Source of the DNA: Octopus vulgaris
Taxonomy: Eukaryota
Direction: 5' to 3'
Length of the DNA stretch: 64,000 nucleotides
NCBI GenBank assembly: GCA_951406725.2
Contig: OX597814.1
Coordinates: forward strand, 175,398,001-175,462,000
Position 1 is the stretch's first letter. The number at the start of each line of letters is the position of its first letter. Position numbers and translations under genes: made by a program. Below, piece by piece: positions 57,357 to 64,000 of the stretch. A model generated the notes under the pieces. The model worked only from the letters and a program-made list of their open reading frames with translations. It was not told where the DNA came from and ran no database searches.

Positions 57357-58275
57357 TGAAGGTGGCTGCCCACTCGTTATCGAGTATGGCCATTGCACGA
57401 AGCTTAACTGTTAACGGTGCTGTAGTCGAATGTGACTTTTTAGCCCAGCTAAAGTTCTACAACGTCTTGTGCAGAATTGGCAGCTAAAACCTTTACTGGT
57501 AATAGCCGGCTGTAGTTGTAATTGGACTTCATGTACCTTTGCATGTCGTTTAAGTCCTCCCGCCGAATCACACTCCCTTTCGCAAGCCTGACAGATATGA
57601 TTAGTATGATGTGTAGCACCACCACTAGCGGCCTGGTAGTCAATCATCGCTCTCGCTTTATGACTACGAAGATGGCTCTTGAATCCAGCTTTACTGAGGC
57701 AGGGTCTTGCACAGACACTGCATATCAGCGTCATAGGAAGACCCCCTACCGTCTAGAAGTGCAACAGTGATGCCCTTCCTGACATCCCTTCTTACTTTCT
57801 CATGCGCAACTCGAGATTTCTCAAAAGTAGCTGTCCCGTCATGCACGTTCCTTCTCCACCTGCTACGGTCAATAGCTATGCCCTCCCATGTGTCAGGTGA
57901 GATGCTAGCATCTCTCAAGGAAGCCTTCAGCAAGTCTTTTATACCTCTTTTTTTGGTTTATGTGGAGGTCGTTCTCCTTTAGCTAACTCTCCATAAAAGA
58001 GTTGTTTTGGCATCCTTGAATCTTTCATCCTGACCAGATGACCACTCCATCTGAGCCTTTGCCTCAACACAAGAGCTCCTATACTTTCACAACGAGAGCT
58101 TTCCAATATCTCAAGATCCCTGATGCGGTTCGCCCACTTAATGCCATAGATCCGTCTGAGACACATCTGATGGAAACGTTCCAGTTGTTTAAGGTAGTAT
58201 CGATATGTGACCCAGGTCTCGCAGGCATAAAGTAGAGAAGAGAGCACACACGCCTTGTACACCTTTATCTTAGTC
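57357..58275 (-). mobile_element. RTE-clade LINE 3' end with three C-terminal C2H2 fingers
   Basis: YKACVLSSLLYACETW, RLRWSGHLVRM..SRMPKQLFYGEL and WE.IA.DRSRWR; CSVC..HLRSH, CQAC..HAKVH and CQFC..HIRLQH; two frameshifts. Confidence 0.9.
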
Positions 58276-59204
58276 TCGCCGAATCCAGAGGCGCCTTTCT
58301 AGCCTTTCGAAATCATCACTTTCTTTCCTAATTCTGTATGGAATCATATACATATAAACATCTATCATATACATATATACATACACACATCAAGACGAAA
58401 CTAGTAAATGCCAAGAATTTTCTTGGAAAAATTCCGAGTTTTTCGGAGATGGGGTGGTGTCTAAAAAAAAAGCAAACACTGAAAGTGCTAAACTTCCGTA
58501 ATAACAATATTCTCAGAGACACTAGATGCCATTATTGCAAATTTACCGCCGCTACAGTTTAATTTTGATGCAAATATTACGTAGCATTAATGTTTTGTGT
58601 GTGTGTATGTGTGTAGCTATTGAGATATAACCCAGTCTACTGCTGTAGTAACTGGACTATATTACATGGACGGTGACGGATATCTTCGTTTCTTGGTTCC
58701 CATTATTATGAGTGACAGATTTCCTATAACGGTCGCTATAATCGTACTCATGGGATAAAATATTCTTGAGAATACGAAAGAGTTTTTCTTTTTTTTTTTA
58801 ACAATTTCTTTTTTGGAAGAGAGACAGCAAACTTACAACATAATACTGAAGATTAAAATTATAATTAAATGTTCTATAATGTATACCATAACAGTGACCA
58901 CAAAAACAGAGGCAATCAGAAGGGAAATTTAACTCTTTTATATGTGTTTATATATATCAGATACTACTTGCATAAGGAATTCATGAATAACAGACAGGTA
59001 TGTTGAATAGCAGTTGAAGCTGGAGCCGAAAAACTGGCCATTCAGCTATTATTTATTTATATATATGTTGTAAATCAAGTATTTTATGAATACTGCATAT
59101 TGGTTTCCTATAGGAAAGTTGCTGGTTCACTCTTCCCATCTCCCTCTCTCTCTCTCTCTTCTTTTTCTCTTTATTTGTCTTTATGTGTGTGTGTAAGTTA
59201 TAAT

Positions 59205-59455
59205 AATGTTCCTTCTCGAGCCATACCAGTCTCATAAGGACCGGTTTCCCGGTTTCAGTGGCGTAGAAATTCCCCACCTGGACGGGACGCCGGTCCGTCG
59301 CAGGATTACTCATTTTTGCCAGCTGAGTGGACTGGAGGAACGTAAAAATGAAGTGTTTTGCTCAAGAACACAACGCATCACCCGGTCCAGGAATCGAAAC
59401 CACAACCTTAGATCATGAATTCAATACCCTAACCACTAAGCCACGCGCCTCCACC
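59205..59455 (-). mobile_element. SINE with family D-like head and family C(17065)-like tail
   Basis: GTGGAGGCGCGTGGCTTAGTGGTTAG head; CTGCGACGGACCGGCGTCCCGTCCAG...GAAACCGGGAAACCGG tail. Confidence 0.8.
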
Positions 59456-59498
59456 GTGTGTGAGTTATACATATGTATAAATCTCACACCTACCGACA

Positions 59499-59583
<85 letters not shown>

Positions 59584-59586
59584 CTA

Positions 59587-59621
59587 TCTGTGTGCAGCCC
59601 TGTGTGGCTAATAAAGAAACA

Positions 59622-59697
<76 letters not shown>

Positions 59698-60397
59698 ATC
59701 CTTGTGGCCATGGCGAAAGAATGTATCTGGTGGACGCGTCTGAAAGGATTGGAGACAAACACTTTCCTCTCTGGTCAATCTCTCATCAACTTCTTCAAGT
59801 ACCACTTGAAAAGGAAAGTGAGAATAGAGAGGCAAGTTTTGTCTAGCGAATTTTTAAAAAAAGATGGGTGAATGTAGCAAGGATGGCACGTATGAATGAC
59901 GAAGCCACCTTGAGCATAATCCTATGAACCCAGAAATTGAAAACAGAGGGTTACCCACTTGCAAACAAATGTGGTAACATATAACAATATTGACCAAGGT
60001 TACCGTAGTCTTTTTCGTAGGCTTTTCTTCCCACGGATAAACCTTACTTGCTTTCCCCTTTACACCATATATCATAACACTGTGATACACGATCCCTATT
60101 GATCGTTCTTTTTTTTCCTCTTCCTCCTTTTTCCCCCTTTTTTCTTCCTTTTTCATTTCTCTTTTCTTTTGTTCCCTTTCCTTTTCTTTTTCTTTTTTTT
60201 ATTCTTTTTATTTTTTATTTTATTTTATTTTTTATTTTTATTTTTATTTATTTTTGTTTTTGTTCTTTTCTTCCCTTTTACGATCCCTCTTGATCGAAAA
60301 CCTACGCCTCCCCTTTTTTTTTTCATCCCCCAAAAGAAAAGCTCTACCTTGTAACTTGTCCCATCTGTGTGCAGCCCTGTGTGGCCAATAAAGAAAC

Positions 60398-60446
<49 letters not shown>

Positions 60447-61177
60447 AATCTATCTATCTATCTATCTATCTATCAATCTATCTATCTATCAATCTATCTA
60501 TCTGAGTCTATCGTCAATATTGTCACGCCTCCTTCCTTCAAACGGGAAGGAAGAGCTATTTTCATCATCCTTGTGGCTATGGCGAAAGAATGTATCTGGT
60601 GGACGCGTCTGAAAGGATTGGAGACAAACACTTTCCTCTCTGGTCAATCTCTCATCAACTTCTTCAAGTACCACTTGAAAAGGAAAGTGAGAGTAGAGAG
60701 GCAAGTTTTGTCTAGCGAATGTTTTAAAAAAAGATGGGTGAATGTAGCAAGAATGGCACGTATGAATGACGAAGCCACCTTGAGCATAGTCCTATGAACC
60801 CAGAAATCGAAAACAGAGAGTTGCTTATTTGCAAAAAAAAAAAAAAAGAAATATAAAATGTGACATCATTGACCGAGGTTACCGTGGTCTTTTCCGTAGG
60901 CTTTTCTTTGCACGGGTAAACCTCACCTGTCCTCCCCTTTACACTTCATATTGACATTTCTGTGATAACGATCCCTATTGATCAATTTTTTTTTCCTCCC
61001 CCCTTTTTTTTAAACCCCCCTTTTTTGTCCTCTTTCTCTCCTTTTACGATCCCTTTTGATCGAAACTCCCCCTTCCCTTTTTTTTTTTTTTTTTCTTTCT
61101 TAAACCTTCATAAGAAAAGCTCTACCTTGTAATTTGTTCTATCTGTGTGCAGCCCTGTGTGGCTAATAAAGAAACAT

Positions 61178-61178
<1 letters not shown>
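59587..61178 (+). mobile_element. Tandem 5'-truncated Tx1/L1-type 3' ends separated by (TCTA)n (59587-59622, 59696-60400, 60504-61178)
   Basis: Repeated [18 protein letters not shown]...[13 protein letters not shown]...F..RW ORF2 C-terminus, pyrimidine-rich 3' UTR, and a shared end CAGCCCTGTGTGGCTAATAAAGAAA. Confidence 0.8.
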
Positions 61179-61640
<462 letters not shown>

Positions 61641-61789
61641 TTTGTGTGTGTGTGCGTGCGTGCTACCGTATGTGTTTAGGCGGTTCACCCCCACTGCGTG
61701 GAATCTTGGGGACGCGTCTGCTACTATATGCCCGGGTTGATCAAGTCCTTTGAGTGAGTTCGGTAGATGAAAACTGAAAGAGGCTCGTC

Positions 61790-61837
<48 letters not shown>

Positions 61838-61946
61838 ACTATAATATTTGAAAGAAAGATCTGCCGCATTTTTGTCGCAGTAAAATAAGCCTTACTCTAT
61901 AGGGTAAAGAATTTTTATTATATATATATATATATATATATAGAAT

Positions 61947-62170
61947 GTAGGCTCGAAACGTAAAAGGCTTTTTCAATTCCTGAGCGTTATACTAATACAT
62001 CTGTTTGTACAAAACAAACAGATGTATTAGTATAACGCTCAGGAATTGAAAAAGCCTTTTACGTTTCGAGCCTACGCTCTTCTACAGAAAGGGACACAGA
62101 AAATTACAATAGAGAAAAAAATGTGTGTAGTGGCTACCGATCTATCATGGGGACTGCCGGACAGAAGGGT
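61947..62170 (-). mobile_element. Fold-back Penelope pseudo-LTR-like fragment nested in a family A SINE (halves ~61680-61790 and 62275-62415)
   Basis: Perfect 62-bp arms at 61947-62008 / 62014-62075; contains a hammerhead-like motif. Confidence 0.7.
62055..62092 (-). ncRNA. Minimal hammerhead-like motif with variant core
   Basis: CCTTT-CTGTAGAA-GAGC GTAG GCTC-GAAA-CG-TA-AAAGG. Confidence 0.6.
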
Positions 62171-62234
62171 CACATGCGTGTGCGTGTGCGTGAGCGTGTG
62201 CGTGTGTGTGTGTGTGTATGTGTATACTAGAGGT

Positions 62235-62269
<35 letters not shown>

Positions 62270-62416
62270 TTATATCCCCGTCACTTAGCGGTTCGGCAAA
62301 AGTCACCGATAGAATAAGTACTAGGCTTACAAAGACTAAGTCCTGGGGTTGATTTGTTCGACTAAAGGCGATGTTCCAGCATGTCCGCAGTCAAATGACT
62401 GAAACAAATAAAAGAA

Positions 62417-62603
62417 AAATAAATAGACGCACTATATAGTCGTCCTTCACTCGTTTATTACTGTTCTTATTCTAACTCATGCCCATTGTCATCTGTGAAC
62501 CCTTCAGCGACACTCTCTGTCCTCGTGTGTGCTCCTCCTCTGCTTAATCCATTCTGTTCTTCTGTGATGTGTATCCGTAAATGTGCATGCGTTTGCGCCT
62601 ATA

Positions 62604-62642
<39 letters not shown>

Positions 62643-63638
62643 ATGCGTGCGTGTGTGTGCATACCCATATCTATGTTTCGCATATGTCTTGTCTGTATAT
62701 ATGGGTTTATACCCGCTATATTGATGTCATCCTTATCGTCGTTATTCTCTGACCTTCCCTCACACCCGTTCCCTCCTCCTTTACCTTTGCTGCTGCCTTT
62801 GACTCCGTCCCCTGACCCTGTCTTTTGTAACCGTCCCTGTATCTCTCTGTGTTTGTGTGTTCGCCCACGCTGCTGCCTTCGTGGTAGTTGTTGTTGTTGT
62901 TACCGTTATTGCTGTTGTTGTTGTTGATTACATTATTAATGTTGTTGCGGCCGTTTGTGAAGTTACTGTATATGTGTTTGTGTGTTTATGTGAGTTCGCT
63001 AATTATGTTGTTTGTATCCGCGCGCTTTATACAAATTTTTGGTTTTTTGTTTGTTTACCTATTTATCTCTATTTCTTATATTTCTCAGAGATATGTGCAC
63101 ATTTGTCTATTGTGTGTGTATTACACTGTTTATATCTGTTTTTTTTCCTTCTCACTTCTGTCTTTAGTCGTCATGTTGCGTGGTGTAGTGGTGGTGTTGG
63201 TGGTGGGTGTTATTGTTCCATTCGTGCTTTCTGTCGAGGCTCGGTCTGTCTATTGCTATGTGTGTAGCCTCTGAAATATGTCTGAGCGTCGTGTCAGTTC
63301 TATGTATTGATAATACTTTAACCTCTATGTTATTAACCGAGCCTCTATGTTCTGCTTGAGCATTCTGGTAGAGTACTGACGAGCCTTTCTCCTCTTTCTG
63401 TTCCCGCCAGTATCGCCTATACTCTCCTCTATACTGCGTGCTGTCTCTCCAGTGTAAGTAGTTGTCTTGTTTCTGCACCACCCGTCAGTACACCATAAGC
63501 TATATATTATATGCCTAACCTCACAGTTAACCTGTAGGTTCATCCTAGATACTATACATTGTCGGAAAATGGACATGAGCTAAAATAAGAACAGTAATAA
63601 ACGAGTGAAGAATGGATATATAGTGCGTGTGTTTATTT
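62417..63638 (-). mobile_element. 5'-truncated Penelope-like element with inverted terminal segment
   Basis: GIY-YIG remnant at 63164-63545; 62417-62487 is the reverse complement of 63568-63638. Confidence 0.8.
63164..63545 (-). pseudogene. GIY-YIG endonuclease remnant (Penelope-type)
   Basis: NC...IIYSLWC...C......YTGETARS, frameshift, then SSVLY......H...VKVL......RHISEA.HI...RPSL.RKHEW. Confidence 0.8.
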
Positions 63639-63664
63639 GGCAAAAAATATAACCATCCCGAAAT

Positions 63665-63753
<89 letters not shown>

Positions 63754-63803
63754 CGTGTATGTGTGAGTGTGACTAAACCATCAAGTGATATGTTATAGAT
63801 TAT

Positions 63804-64000
63804 GGCAGAATGTTACCATCGGTTTCACACCGACATCTTCAGACATGATGACCGGTAGAGTCGTCAATTTTGTGCAATTTTTGTTTTGCAGTTGGAAATT
63901 TTACAGATCTAATTATGTGTATGTATGGGAAATATTGTCAATTAGATGGATTCAATTTTTACATGTTATCTCTTAGTCTGTGAATATGGTATTGTTCCAG
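63804..64000 (-). mobile_element. Second Penelope-like 3' end with hammerhead-like motif (63810-63846), running off the window
   Basis: LEQYHIHRL....*KLN C-terminus, then ATGT-CTGAAGA-TGTCGGTGT-GAAA-CC GAT GG-TA-ACAT; stem II pairs poorly. Confidence 0.55.

Overview
AT-rich, extremely microsatellite-dense eukaryotic non-coding DNA. The SINE families and repeat landscape resemble an octopus (coleoid cephalopod) genome, which is my inference and is unverified. I found no host protein-coding gene, tRNA/rRNA gene or CRISPR array; most listed ORFs are translations of (TA)n/(CA)n/(TCTA)n/(TAA)n repeats. Recognisable content is transposon-derived: a 5'-truncated CR1/L2-group LINE RT, a full-length decayed mariner, several R4/Dong-type RLE LINE fragments, Tx1/L1-type fragments, an RTE 3' end with three C2H2 fingers, Penelope-like (GIY-YIG) remnants, MITEs and four tRNA-derived SINE families. 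The most notable signal is about ten hammerhead-ribozyme-like motifs. One (5033-5138) has a fully canonical core inside a ~425-bp structured non-coding element, and two (34132-34275) form an opposite-polarity pair. They co-occur with (TA)n-embedded fold-back elements, suggesting a Penelope/retrozyme-like system. All structures were read by eye and none were computed.
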